A stretch of DNA of 47,872 nt, taken from assembly GCA_035699625.1 (NCBI GenBank), contig DASSPM010000008.1, forward strand, positions 1 to 47,872. The letters run 5' to 3'. The DNA is from Candidatus Limnocylindrales bacterium. Lineage in GTDB: Bacteria; Chloroflexota; Limnocylindria; Limnocylindrales; CSP1-4. The position numbers and the translations under genes are program-made. Positions within the stretch are counted from its first letter, which is position 1. The number at the start of each line of letters is the position of its first letter. The notes beneath the pieces were generated by a model that did not search any database, was not told the origin of the DNA, and saw only the letters and a list, made by a program, of their open reading frames with translations. Of this stretch, positions 1 to 9,671 are shown one piece after another.

Positions 1-1278
1 CACGGCCACCACCGCCAGCACGCTCACCCAGCCGCCGGCCTCGACCGCGGCCAGGATGACGTAGGCCTTGGCGAAGAAGCCGGCCAGCGGCGGGATGCCC
101 ACCAGCGAGAGCAGGAAGAGCGTCATCACCGCGCCCGCCACCGGCGCCCGGCGCCCCAGCCCGGCGAAGGTCTCGATCTGGCTGGTCACGCCGCGGCGGC
201 CCTGGAGCATGGCCACCACGGCGAAGGCACCGAGGTTCATGAAGGCGTAGGCGGCGGCGTAGAAGATGACCCCGAAGAGGCCCGCCCGCTCCGCCTCCGA
301 GCCGGCCGGCGAGCCGGCATAGGCGGCCAGGCCGACGAGCATGTAGCCGGTATGGGCGATGGAGCTGTAGGCGAGCATGCGCTTGATGTTGTCCTGGGTC
401 AGGGCGACCAGGTTGCCCAAGGTCATGGTCGTCGCCGCCAGGGCCACCACGAAGGGCGTCCAGTCGGCCTTGACCGGCCCGAGCGCGTCCACGAAGAGGC
501 GCAGGATGAGCGCGAAGGCGGCCACCTTGGGGCCGACCGAGAGGTAGCCCGTGATGGGCGTGGGCGAGCCCTGGTAGGCGTCGGGCGTCCAGTAGTGGAA
601 GGGCACCGCGGCGATCTTGAAGGCGGCGCCGGTCGTCAGCAGCGCCAGGCCCATGGCGAGGCCGGGCGGGAAGGGCGCCGCGCCCGTGCCCACGCCGGCG
701 AGCGCCTGGGCGACCTCGGCGATGCGCGTGCTGCCGCTGAAGCCCCAGGTGAAGGCCAGCCCGAAGAGGAAGATGGCGCTCGAGAATGAGCCCAGCAGGA
801 AGTACTTGATGGCGCCCTCGGTCGAGTAGCCGTCGCCCTTGGCGTAGCCGGCCAGCATGTAGCCCGGCAGGACCATCAGCTCGAGGCCCAGGAAGAGCAC
901 CAGCAGGTCGCGCGAGCCGGCGATGAGCATGGCGCCGCTGATGGCGAAGAGGAGCGTCGCGCAGAGCTCGGCCATGGGCAGCCGCCGCACGCGCAGGTAC
1001 TCCGGGGCAAAGAGGATGGTCAGCAGGGCCACGGCCAGGAAGAGCAGGTCGAGGAAGCTGGTCAGCGCATCGCGCACGTAGGCGCCGCCGAAGGCCTCGC
1101 GCGTGCCGCCGCCCGCGGCCAGGCCGACCACGGCCATGCCCACCACGGTGCCCAGGCCGGCCAGCCCGCCGGTGATGTCGTCGCGGCGGGGGGCCAGGAT
1201 GTCGGCCAAGATGACCGCCAGGGCGAGGCCGACGACATAGATCAGCGGCGCGATGGCCGACAGCTCAGCGCCGGTCAT
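1..1278 (-). CDS. nuoN: NADH-quinone oxidoreductase subunit N (3' end runs off window)
   Basis: Manual translation from ATG at 1278 (not in ORF track because no stop in window): MTGAELSAIAPLIYV...EGAIKYFLLGSFSS...FKIAAVPFHYWTPDAYQGSPTP...NIKRMLAYSSIAHTGY...SLVGIPPLAGFFAK, diagnostic antiporter-like NuoN motifs; follows nuoM. Confidence 0.95.
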   Translation of the reverse strand, partial: MTGAELSAIAPLIYVVGLALAVILADILAPRRDDITGGLAGLGTVVGMAVVGLAAGGGTREAFGGAYVRDALTSFLDLLFLAVALLTILFAPEYLRVRRLPMAELCATLLFAISGAMLIAGSRDLLVLFLGLELMVLPGYMLAGYAKGDGYSTEGAIKYFLLGSFSSAIFLFGLAFTWGFSGSTRIAEVAQALAGVGTGAAPFPPGLAMGLALLTTGAAFKIAAVPFHYWTPDAYQGSPTPITGYLSVGPKVAAFALILRLFVDALGPVKADWTPFVVALAATTMTLGNLVALTQDNIKRMLAYSSIAHTGYMLVGLAAYAGSPAGSEAERAGLFGVIFYAAAYAFMNLGAFAVVAMLQGRRGVTSQIETFAGLGRRAPVAGAVMTLFLLSLVGIPPLAGFFAKAYVILAAVEAGGWVSVLAVVAV

Positions 1279-1291
1279 GCCCCTGCTCCCA

Positions 1292-2818
1292 TCAGCGCAG
1301 CCCCGCCAGCGTGACGCGGTCGATGGCCTCGAGCACGTCGGTCACCGGCGCGTGCAGCAGCTCCAGCACGAGACCCGGGAAGACGCCGAAGACCAGCGTC
1401 AGCGCCGCCAGCGGCGCCAGCGTGGCCAGCTCGACCGGCCGCATGTCGGTCAGGTGGTGGCCCAGGCCGCGCAGGAAATCGGAGAGCTCGCCGAAGACGA
1501 CGCGCTGGAACATCCACATCAGGTACGCCGCCGAGAGGATGACCACGACCGTGGCCACGGCCGCCGCGGCCGGGTTGACGGCGAAGGTGCCGACCAGCAC
1601 CAGGAACTCGCCCACGAAGCCGGCCAGGCCGGGCAGGCCCAGGCTGGCCAGCATGAAGAAGCCGAAGACGGCGGCGTAGACCGGCGTCGGCGCGGCCAAG
1701 CCGCCCATGCGCGCGATGGTCCGGTCGTGGGTGCGCTCGTAGATGACGCCCACGAGCAGGAAGAGGGCGCCCGTGATGAGGCCGTGGTTGACCATCTGCA
1801 GGATGGCCCCCTCGAGCGCCTGGGGCTGGAAGACGAAGATGCCCAGGGTCACGAAGCCCATGTGGCTGACCGAGGAGTAGGCCACCAGCTTCTTGAGGTC
1901 GGGCTGCACGAGGGCCACGATGGCGCCGTAGATGACGGCGATGAGCGAGAGCACGATGATGGCCGGCGCGAAGGTGTGTGCCGCGTCGGGATAGAGCGGC
2001 AGTGCGAAGCGGATGAAGCCGTAGCCGCCCAGCTTCAGCAGCACCCCCGCCAGGATCACCGAGCCAGCCGTGGGTGCCTCGACGTGCGCGTCGGGCAGCC
2101 AGGTGTGGAACGGGAACATCGGCACCTTGATGGCGAAGGCCAGGAAGAAGGCCACGAAGGCGAACAGCTGCAGCTCCTGGGCGAAGCCGGCCGTGGCCAT
2201 ATGGCTCACCAGGCGCTCGTAGTCGAAGGCGCCGGCCCAGGACCCCGTCGCGGCCTGGTAGGCAAAGGCGGTGGCCAGGATGGCCACCAGCATCAGCAGC
2301 GAGCCGACGAGCGTGTAGAGGACGAACTTGATGGTGGCGTAGATGCGGTTGGCGCCGCCCCAGATGCCGATGATCAGGTACATCGGCACGAGCACGACTT
2401 CCCAGAAGACGTAGAAGAGGAAGAGGTCGAGGGCGACGAAGACGCCGAGCATGCCGACCTCGAGCACGAGGAAGGAGATCATGTACTCCTTCACGCGCTC
2501 CTGGATGGGCCCGAAGCTGGCCAGGATGCTGATCCAGGTGAGCAGCGTGGTGAGCACCACCATGGCCACGGCCAGGCCGTCCACGCCCATCTTGAACTGC
2601 ACGCCGAAGGCGGGGATCCAGTCGGCGGCAACGACGTACTGGAAGCCGCTCGCCTTGGGGTCGAGGCCGGCCAGCAGCAGCAGCGAGAGGCCGAAGCTGA
2701 CCAGCGAGGCGGCCAGCGCGCCCCAGCGGATGAGGTCGCTCCGCTCGCGCGGCACGAAGGCCAGCGCCACGGCACCCGCCAGGGGCACGAAGGTGATGGC
2801 CGGCAGCAGCCACTCCAT
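1292..2818 (-). CDS. nuoM: NADH-quinone oxidoreductase subunit M
   Basis: C-terminal part of ORF 1292..4576 from MEWLLPAITF (ATG 2818, overlaps the nuoL stop as TGATG); motifs LFYVFWEVVLVP, AFAIKVPMFPFHTWLPDAHVEAPT, LKKLVAYSSVSHMG. Confidence 0.95.
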   Translation of the reverse strand: MEWLLPAITFVPLAGAVALAFVPRERSDLIRWGALAASLVSFGLSLLLLAGLDPKASGFQYVVAADWIPAFGVQFKMGVDGLAVAMVVLTTLLTWISILASFGPIQERVKEYMISFLVLEVGMLGVFVALDLFLFYVFWEVVLVPMYLIIGIWGGANRIYATIKFVLYTLVGSLLMLVAILATAFAYQAATGSWAGAFDYERLVSHMATAGFAQELQLFAFVAFFLAFAIKVPMFPFHTWLPDAHVEAPTAGSVILAGVLLKLGGYGFIRFALPLYPDAAHTFAPAIIVLSLIAVIYGAIVALVQPDLKKLVAYSSVSHMGFVTLGIFVFQPQALEGAILQMVNHGLITGALFLLVGVIYERTHDRTIARMGGLAAPTPVYAAVFGFFMLASLGLPGLAGFVGEFLVLVGTFAVNPAAAAVATVVVILSAAYLMWMFQRVVFGELSDFLRGLGHHLTDMRPVELATLAPLAALTLVFGVFPGLVLELLHAPVTDVLEAIDRVTLAGLR

Positions 2819-4785
2819 CAGCGGCCCGCCACGAAGAGGAAGCCGCCGGCCATCACGAGCAGGCCGAGGGCGATGAAGAAGGCATAGTTCTGGACGCGGC
2901 CCGTCTGGACCTGGCGCACCTGGCGGCCGCTCTGCTGGGTGAGCCAGCCGATGCCGTTGACGGCCCCGTCGATGACGTGCACGTCGAACCACCACATGGC
3001 GTGAGCGACGACGCCGCCGATGCGCACGAAGAGCAGGTCGTTGAGCTCGTCGAACCACCACTTGTGGTAGGACGCCGTGTAGAGCGGCCGCAGCTTGAAG
3101 GTGAGGCGCTCCACCAGCGCCGGCCGCGGCGCGGCCTCCCGGCCGAAGAGCGGCAGCAGGCCGAAGAAGCGCACGGCGACGAGGATGCCCAGCAGCCCGG
3201 CGGCGATGCTGACCGCCATCAGCACGCCGTCGATGCCGAAGAACTGGAACGAGGCAGCATGGTGCCCGAGCGCTTCCCGGGCTTCGTGGAAGACCGGTTC
3301 CAGCCAGCCGTGCAGGAAGCCGTCCTCGGGCGGGAAGCCGATGAGCGCGCCGAGGATCAGCGTCGGCACGGCCAGCAGCCAGAGCGGCAGGGTCATCACC
3401 GGCGGCGACTCGTGCACCTTGGGCTCGACGTGTGGATCGACGTGCGACGGCCCGTAGAACGTCTTGCCCATCAGCCGGAACATGTAGAAGGCGGTCAGCG
3501 CGGCGACCACCACGCCGATGCCCCAGACCCAGTAGAAGCCGGTCTTGAAGGCCTCGCCCAGGATCTCGTCCTTGCTGAAGAAGCCCGAGAGCAGGGGGAA
3601 GCCCGAGATGGCCAGCGCGGCGATGAGCATGGTCAGGTGCGTCTGCGGGATCTTCCGCCAGAGCCCGCCCATGCGGTTCATGTCCTGCTCCTCGTGCACG
3701 GCATGGATGACCGAGCCGGAGCCGAGGAAGAGGAGGCCCTTGAAGAAGCCGTGGGTCATGAGGTGGAAGATGGCCGCCGTGAAGGCGCCCACGCCGAGGG
3801 CCGCGAACATGTAGCCCAGCTGGCTCAGCGTGGAGTAGGCCAGGACGCGCTTGATGTCGTTCTGGGTGAGCGCGATCGACGCGGCCAGGATGGCCGTGAA
3901 GATGCCCACCGCGGCGACCACCACCATGGCCGTCGGTGCCTGGGCGAAGATGGGGCTGGTGCGGGCGACCATGTAGACACCGGCGTTGACCATGGTCGCG
4001 GCATGGATGAGGGCCGAGACCGGGGTCGGGCCTTCCATCGCGTCGGGCAGCCAGACGTGCAGCGGGAACTGCGCGCTCTTGCCCACGGCGCCGGCGAAGA
4101 GGAGCAGCGCCATGACCGTCACGGCCATGGGCGAGAGCGCCCCGTCGTGCACCAGCTCGGGGATGCGCTCGAAGACCTCGCCGAAGTCGAGCGTGCCCAC
4201 GACGGTCCAGATCATCATGATGCCCAGCCCGAAGCCGAGGTCGCCCACGCGGTTGACGATGAAGGCCTTCTTGGCCGCCAGGGCCGCGCTGCGCCGCGTG
4301 TACCAGTAGCCGATGAGCAGATAGCTGCACAGGCCGACCAGCTCCCAGGCGGCGAAGAGGAGCAGGAAGTTGTCGGCCAGGACGAGCAGCAGCATGCTGA
4401 ACATGAAGAGGTTGAGGTAGGCGAAGAAGCGCCAGCGACCCGGCTCGTGGGCCATGTAGCCGATCGAGTAGACGTGCACCAGCATGCCCACCGTGGTGAC
4501 CACGATGAGCAGCGCCGCGGTCAGGTTGTCGACCAGGAAGTTGGCCGCCACGCTGAACTCCCCGGCCGGGATCCACTCGTAGAGCGTGAACCGCAGGCCG
4601 TGCTCGCCGTAGGCGCCGCTGAGGGCGCTGAAGACGACCACCATGCCGATCAGCCAGGTCAGCACGATGGCTGGCACGGCGATGATCCAGGCGCGCGTGG
4701 TGAGCCGCCGGCCGACGGCCGCGGTGAGCGCGAAGCCACCCAGCGGCAGGGCCAGCAGGAGCGAGACGAGCAGCTCGTGGGACAC
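2818..4785 (-). CDS. nuoL: NADH-quinone oxidoreductase subunit L
   Basis: 655 aa; WELVGLCSYLLIG, GKSAQFPLHVWLPDAMEGPTPVSALIHAATMV, DIKRVLAYSTLSQLGYM, C-terminal QTGRVQNYA. Confidence 0.96.
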   Translation of the reverse strand: MSHELLVSLLLALPLGGFALTAAVGRRLTTRAWIIAVPAIVLTWLIGMVVVFSALSGAYGEHGLRFTLYEWIPAGEFSVAANFLVDNLTAALLIVVTTVGMLVHVYSIGYMAHEPGRWRFFAYLNLFMFSMLLLVLADNFLLLFAAWELVGLCSYLLIGYWYTRRSAALAAKKAFIVNRVGDLGFGLGIMMIWTVVGTLDFGEVFERIPELVHDGALSPMAVTVMALLLFAGAVGKSAQFPLHVWLPDAMEGPTPVSALIHAATMVNAGVYMVARTSPIFAQAPTAMVVVAAVGIFTAILAASIALTQNDIKRVLAYSTLSQLGYMFAALGVGAFTAAIFHLMTHGFFKGLLFLGSGSVIHAVHEEQDMNRMGGLWRKIPQTHLTMLIAALAISGFPLLSGFFSKDEILGEAFKTGFYWVWGIGVVVAALTAFYMFRLMGKTFYGPSHVDPHVEPKVHESPPVMTLPLWLLAVPTLILGALIGFPPEDGFLHGWLEPVFHEAREALGHHAASFQFFGIDGVLMAVSIAAGLLGILVAVRFFGLLPLFGREAAPRPALVERLTFKLRPLYTASYHKWWFDELNDLLFVRIGGVVAHAMWWFDVHVIDGAVNGIGWLTQQSGRQVRQVQTGRVQNYAFFIALGLLVMAGGFLFVAGR

Positions 4786-4787
4786 GG

Positions 4788-5099
4788 CTACTGGCGCATC
4801 CGGTCGTACTCGTCCACCAGCGGCGTGCGCCGGTTGCGGTAGATGGCGATGACGATGGCCAGGCCGACCGTCGCCTCGGCCGCCGCCACGGCCATGACCA
4901 TCAGGGCGATGACCGAGGCGTCGCCGCGCAGCGGCGGGATGAAGGCGCCGAAGGCGACGATGGCCAGGTTGACCGCGTTGAGCATCAGCTCGATGGACAT
5001 GAGCATGGCGATGGCGTTGCGCCGGGAGAGGAAGCCGAAGGCGCCGATCGAGAAGAGCAGCACCGAGAGCATCAGGTAGGCCTCGAGCGACTGGCTCAC
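4788..5099 (-). CDS. nuoK: NADH-quinone oxidoreductase subunit K
   Basis: GTG 5099 overlapping the nuoJ stop (GTGA); [20 protein letters not shown]...[19 protein letters not shown], 103 aa. Confidence 0.95.
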   Translation of the reverse strand: MSQSLEAYLMLSVLLFSIGAFGFLSRRNAIAMLMSIELMLNAVNLAIVAFGAFIPPLRGDASVIALMVMAVAAAEATVGLAIVIAIYRNRRTPLVDEYDRMRQ

Positions 5100-5677
5100 G
5101 GACCGGCCTCCGGCTCGCTCACCGGTCGCTGCTGCACGATGGACTGCGGCTCGTCCTCGCGCTTGGCCAGGAAGACGCCGCCCACGACCGCGGCCAGGAG
5201 CAGCACGCTGACCACCTCGAAGGGCAGCACGTAGCGGTCGAAGAGGAGGCGCGCCAGCTCGTCGGTGCGCGTGGCCCCGCCCGGCGTGGTCGCCTGCGGC
5301 CAGTCCGTGCCGCTGACGGCGACGACCAGCAGCACGGCCAGCACGATCACGGCGACGCCGGCCAGAGCCGCCTGCGGGTGGAAGACGAGCCTGGCGGGCC
5401 CGACCTTGGTCTGGGTGAGCATGATGGCGAAGAGGACGAGCACGCTGATGGCGCCGATGTAGACGAGCACCTGTGCCGCACCCACGAGCGCCGCGCCGAG
5501 CAGCACGTAGATGCCGGCCAGGGCGGCGAAGGAGAAGATCATCCAGAGCCCGGAGCGGATGATGTCGCGGCCCAGCACGACCAGCAGCGCCGACCCCAGC
5601 ATGATGGCCGCGAAGGCGAGGAAGAGGAGGTCCTCCCAGCGCCACTCCAGGATGGGGATGGTGGGCGGCAGCGTCAC
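5096..5677 (-). CDS. nuoJ: NADH-quinone oxidoreductase subunit J
   Basis: [19 protein letters not shown] and [18 protein letters not shown] motifs; position between the I region and nuoK. Confidence 0.93.
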   Translation of the reverse strand: MTLPPTIPILEWRWEDLLFLAFAAIMLGSALLVVLGRDIIRSGLWMIFSFAALAGIYVLLGAALVGAAQVLVYIGAISVLVLFAIMLTQTKVGPARLVFHPQAALAGVAVIVLAVLLVVAVSGTDWPQATTPGGATRTDELARLLFDRYVLPFEVVSVLLLAAVVGGVFLAKREDEPQSIVQQRPVSEPEAGP

Positions 5678-5695
5678 GCCGGCTCCGGACCGCCC

Positions 5696-8293
5696 CTAGC
5701 GGGCATGGGCGTGGCCGCCCCCGGCCGCGCCGTGGTCGTGGCCGTCGTGGGCATGGCCGTCGCCGTGCCCATCGCGCGCGTGGCCGTTGCCCGTGACGCT
5801 CGTCGGCAGCATCGGCAGCAGCCGGTCCGGGCGGACCTGGCGGCCGGAGGCCTGCGCGCGCTGCAGCCAGTCGCGCTCGCGGCGCACGTAGCTGATCTCC
5901 GTGTCGCGATCGATCGCGCTGATGGCCAGCAGGTCGATCATCGGCTCGGCTCGGCTCTCGTGGCTCAGCTCGAAGTCGGGGCCGCAGCGCAGCGCGTCAT
6001 AGGGGCAGGCATCGACGCAGATGCCGCACAGGATGCAGCGGCTCTCGTCCACGTCGTACTGCTCGAGCACGCGCGGCTTGGGCATCAGCGCGCCGGTCGG
6101 GCAGGTCTCGGCGCAGCGGCCGCAGGAGACACAGGGCGTCGTGTTGAGACTCATGTCGAGCGGCGTGGTGACCAGCGTGTCGAAGCCGGTGCGCATGAAG
6201 TCGTAGCAGGCGGCGCCCACGACCTCCTTGCAGACGTTGGCGCAGCGGCCGCAGTCGATGCAGCGCGACGGCTCGCGCAGGATGAAGGCGTGGCTGTCGT
6301 CGCGGATGTAGTCGTGGTTGGTGCCGGTGAAGCGGTTCTCGCCCACGCTGCGGAAGCTGAAGGCGCCGCCGTTCTGCGGTTCGAGCGTCTTGAGCGTGGT
6401 GCCGTACTCGATGCCCTGGCGGCGCAGGTCGCAATAGCCGATGGCCTCGCAGGTGCACTGCAGGCAGCGCTTGGACTCGGCCATCGCCTCCTGCTGCGAG
6501 TAGGGGATCTCGTACTCGACGTAGCTCTCGCGGCGGATCTCGGGCGACATCGCCTTGAGCCGGATGCGCGGCTCCTTGAGCTCGCCCGTGAAGGGCACGA
6601 TGGAGAGGAACTCGGGCTGCGGCTCGGCCAGCGTCTGGCGCGTCCGGATGGCCTCCAGGTCCTCGCCCTGCAGGTAGGCGTCGATGGCGTAGGCGGCACG
6701 CCGCCCCTCGGCGTTGGCCTGCACCACGGTGGCCGAGCCGACGCGCACGTCGCCCGTGCCGAAGACGCCCGGGCGGCCCGTGGCGAAGGTCACCGCGTCG
6801 GCCTTGAGGCGGTTGTTCTTCGTCGCTGCCACGCCGTCCGCGCCGCGCTCCAGCCAGGAGAGGTCCGGGCCCTGGCCGATGGCCAGCAGCACCCGGTCGC
6901 ACTCGATGACGAACTCCGTGCCGGGCATCGGCTCGGGGCGCCGCCGGCCCGAGGCGTCGGGCTCGCCGAGGCGCATGCGCTGGAACTCGACGCCCGTGAC
7001 CTTGCCGCCGTCGTCGGCCAGGACGCGCGTCGGCGCGGCCTGGAAGATGGCCGTGGCGCCCTCCTCGATGGCCTCGTGGACCTCGTTCGCGGCGGGCATG
7101 TCCTTCATGTCGCGGCGGTAGACGAGGGTCACCTCGGCCGCGCCCTGGCGGACCGAGGTGCGCGTGCAGTCCATCGAGGTGAAGCCGCCGCCGATGACCA
7201 CCACGCGCTTGCCCTTGTGCCCGGGATAGGGCAGGCCGAGCGTGGCGATGCGCAGGTACTCGAGGCCGTCGAGCACCCCGTCCGCGTCCTCGCCGGGGAT
7301 GCCCAGCTTGTTCGTGTCGTAGCAGCCGATGGCGATGCAGATCGCGTCGAAGCCCTGGTTCTGCAGATCGTCCAGGGTGAAGTCACGGCCCAGCGCGGCA
7401 TTGGTGACCAGCTTCCCGCCCAGCTGCCAGACCGCGTCGTACTCCGGGTCGAGGATCTCCTCCTTGGGCAACCGGTACTGCGGGATGCCGTAGCGGAGCA
7501 TGCCGCCCTGCTCCGGGTCGCGCTCGAAGACGGTCACCTCGTGGCCGGCGATGAGCAGGTAGTAGGCAGCCGACATGCCCGCCGGGCCCGAGCCGATGAC
7601 GGCCACGCGCTTGCCGCTCTTGGGCTTGACCTCGAAGGGCACGGGCGCCCGGGCACCGGCCTTCTGGAGCTTGAGCACCTGGTCGCCCGCGTAGCGGTGG
7701 CTGTCGCGGATGGCGATGGCCTCCTCCACCTCGTCGCGCCGGCAATGCTCCTCGCAGGGTGCCGGGCAGACGCGGCCGAGCACGCTGGGGAAGGGGATGG
7801 TGCGCTTGAAGATGCGCGCCGACTCGACGAAGTTGCCCTCGGTGTTGGCCTTCAGGAAGCCCGGGATGTCGATGTGGCTGGGGCACTTGTTCTGGCAGGG
7901 CGGCAGGCAGTAGGCGTTGTGGTCGCTGAAGATCAGCTCCAGGTTCGTCTTGCGCAGCTGGCGGATGCGCGGCGTCTGCGTGCGCACGACCATGCCCGGC
8001 TCGGCCTGCCGCGAGCAGCTGATGGGCGGCTGGCCCTCGCCGTCGACGTCCACGACGCACATGCGGCAGGCACCGAAGCCGGGCAGCTTGGGCTCGTAGC
8101 AGAGGGTCGGGATCTCGATGCCGTTGTCGCGGCAGACCTCGAGGATGGTCTGGCCGGCGCGGCCCGTGACCTGGCGCCCGTCGACCTCGATGGTGAAGGC
8201 GGGCGCGCTCAGCGGGCGCTGCGGCGCCTGCGTCTCGAGCAGGCGCTCGATGGAGGCGTCGGCGGCGGAGGCGTGGGGCAGCAGCTCGGTCAT
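5696..8293 (-). CDS. NuoG/StnC-like Fe-S flavoprotein: 2Fe-2S + inserted GltD-like FAD/NADP(H) domain + 2x4Fe-4S, fused to a C-terminal NuoI half
   Basis: ORF 5696..8383, probable start ATG 8293 (MTELLP). PTLCY...GACRMC...ISC (N1b-type); SDHNAYC; PCQNKCP...[12 protein letters not shown]; VIGSGPAG; [11 protein letters not shown]...YRR; [13 protein letters not shown]; [23 protein letters not shown]; then [29 protein letters not shown]. Confidence 0.88.
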   Translation of the reverse strand: MTELLPHASAADASIERLLETQAPQRPLSAPAFTIEVDGRQVTGRAGQTILEVCRDNGIEIPTLCYEPKLPGFGACRMCVVDVDGEGQPPISCSRQAEPGMVVRTQTPRIRQLRKTNLELIFSDHNAYCLPPCQNKCPSHIDIPGFLKANTEGNFVESARIFKRTIPFPSVLGRVCPAPCEEHCRRDEVEEAIAIRDSHRYAGDQVLKLQKAGARAPVPFEVKPKSGKRVAVIGSGPAGMSAAYYLLIAGHEVTVFERDPEQGGMLRYGIPQYRLPKEEILDPEYDAVWQLGGKLVTNAALGRDFTLDDLQNQGFDAICIAIGCYDTNKLGIPGEDADGVLDGLEYLRIATLGLPYPGHKGKRVVVIGGGFTSMDCTRTSVRQGAAEVTLVYRRDMKDMPAANEVHEAIEEGATAIFQAAPTRVLADDGGKVTGVEFQRMRLGEPDASGRRRPEPMPGTEFVIECDRVLLAIGQGPDLSWLERGADGVAATKNNRLKADAVTFATGRPGVFGTGDVRVGSATVVQANAEGRRAAYAIDAYLQGEDLEAIRTRQTLAEPQPEFLSIVPFTGELKEPRIRLKAMSPEIRRESYVEYEIPYSQQEAMAESKRCLQCTCEAIGYCDLRRQGIEYGTTLKTLEPQNGGAFSFRSVGENRFTGTNHDYIRDDSHAFILREPSRCIDCGRCANVCKEVVGAACYDFMRTGFDTLVTTPLDMSLNTTPCVSCGRCAETCPTGALMPKPRVLEQYDVDESRCILCGICVDACPYDALRCGPDFELSHESRAEPMIDLLAISAIDRDTEISYVRRERDWLQRAQASGRQVRPDRLLPMLPTSVTGNGHARDGHGDGHAHDGHDHGAAGGGHAHAR

Positions 8294-8339
8294 CGGTCGC
8301 GCACTCTGGGTCGGGGGACCTCGCGCTCGGTGGCCATGG

Positions 8340-9671
8340 TCATCGCACCGGGGCGGCGGCGGTCCGGAGCGGACGGCAGACACCTGCCGGACAGGTGCTC
8401 CGGACGATGTGGTCTTCGAACTCCTGGGCGAAGTATCGCATCCCGCTCATGAGCGGGTTGGGCGCCGTGATGCCGTGGCCGCAGAGCGAGCCGTCGCGGA
8501 TGTCCGCCGAGAGGTCGCTCGCCAGCTGCAGGTCCGTCGGGCGCGGCCGGCCGCCGCTGAAGCGCTCGCCGATCTCGGTCAGGCGGCGCACGCCGATGCG
8601 GCAGGGGATGCACTTGCCGCACGACTCGTCGCTCATGAAGCGGCTCATCAGCGTGGCCAGGTCGACGATGCAGGCGCGCTCGTCGGCCACCACCAGGGAA
8701 CCCGAGCCCATGATCGCGCCAGCCTCGGCGAGGCTGCCGTACCCGAGCGCCACGTCCAGCCCGGCCGCGGGCAGGAAGCCGCCCGACGGGCCGCCCACGA
8801 GGACCGCCTTGAGCGTCGCGCCATCGGCCACGCCGCCGCCGATCTCCTCCACCAGGCTGCCCACGCTGGTGCCCAGCGGGACCTCGACGATGCCCGGCTT
8901 GGCCACGGCGCCGGTCAGCTGCACGAGCGTGGTGCCGCTCACCTCGTCGGTGCCCATGGCGCGGTAGGCCTCGGCGCCGTTGGCCACGATCCAGGGCACG
9001 GCGGCCAGCGTCTCCACGTTGTTGACCAGCGTCGGCTCGCCCCACAGGCCGGCGGTCGCCGGGTAGGGCGGCCGCTGGTCGGGCATGGCGCGCTTGCCCT
9101 CGAGGGCGCGCAGCAGCACGGTCTCCTCGCCCAGCACGAAGGCGCCGGCCAGCGGGCGCAGCTCGATGTGCAGGTCGAAGCCGGCGCCCAGCGCGTCCGA
9201 GCCGATGTAGCCGGCCTCCTCGGCCGTGCGGATGGCCGCGGCCAGGCGGCGTGCGGCGAGGCCGTAGCCGGCCTTGACGACGAGGTAGGCCTGTGTCGCG
9301 CCCACGGCGAAGGCGGCCAGCGCGAGGCCCTCCACGACCGCGTGCGGGTCGAGCTCCATGAGCGTCCGGTCGAGGCTGGCCCCCGGGTCCGCCTCGTAGC
9401 CGTTGGCCACGGCGTAGTGGCGCTCGCCCGGTGCGGCGCGGCAGGCGCGCCACTTCTCGCCGGTCGGGAAGCCGGCGCCGCCCCGGCCGCGCAGCCCGGA
9501 GGCCGTCACGCGGCGGATGAGGCCCTCCGGTCCGATGTCGGCCACGGCCGCCTTCCAGGACGACCAGGCGCCGGCCTTCTCGGCCGCGGCGAGGCCCGCC
9601 TCGGGGTCGTAGCGACCGGCACGCCCGAGCAGCACGCGCGGCCAGCGGCGCGGTCCCTTGAGCAGCTCCAT
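8340..9671 (-). CDS. nuoF: NuoF/HydB-like FMN-NADH binding subunit
   Basis: From MELLKGP (ATG 9671, overlapping the upstream stop); GLRGRGGAGFPTGEKW, GEETVLLRALEGK, PTLVNNVETL, GGPSGG, ESCGKCIPCRIG...SLCGHG (N3), ends HIVRSTCPAGVC. Confidence 0.9.
   Translation of the reverse strand: MELLKGPRRWPRVLLGRAGRYDPEAGLAAAEKAGAWSSWKAAVADIGPEGLIRRVTASGLRGRGGAGFPTGEKWRACRAAPGERHYAVANGYEADPGASLDRTLMELDPHAVVEGLALAAFAVGATQAYLVVKAGYGLAARRLAAAIRTAEEAGYIGSDALGAGFDLHIELRPLAGAFVLGEETVLLRALEGKRAMPDQRPPYPATAGLWGEPTLVNNVETLAAVPWIVANGAEAYRAMGTDEVSGTTLVQLTGAVAKPGIVEVPLGTSVGSLVEEIGGGVADGATLKAVLVGGPSGGFLPAAGLDVALGYGSLAEAGAIMGSGSLVVADERACIVDLATLMSRFMSDESCGKCIPCRIGVRRLTEIGERFSGGRPRPTDLQLASDLSADIRDGSLCGHGITAPNPLMSGMRYFAQEFEDHIVRSTCPAGVCRPLRTAAAPVR

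Noticed and set aside
1292-4576. 1094-aa ORF suggesting a NuoL-NuoM fusion
   Set aside because: The upstream part is an off-frame read of nuoL with no homology; nuoL has its own stop overlapping the nuoM ATG at 2818.
5696-8293. Formate dehydrogenase, FeFe-hydrogenase or glutamate synthase
   Set aside because: No molybdopterin or H-cluster domain follows the Fe-S region, and no gltB is adjacent.
5378-8452. Long plus-strand ORFs antisense to real genes (e.g. 1024 aa here, also 19033..21282, 14764..17157, 36560..38527)
   Set aside because: Shadow ORFs expected in high-GC DNA; low-complexity Arg/Gly/Ala content, no motifs, and they lie opposite well-supported genes.
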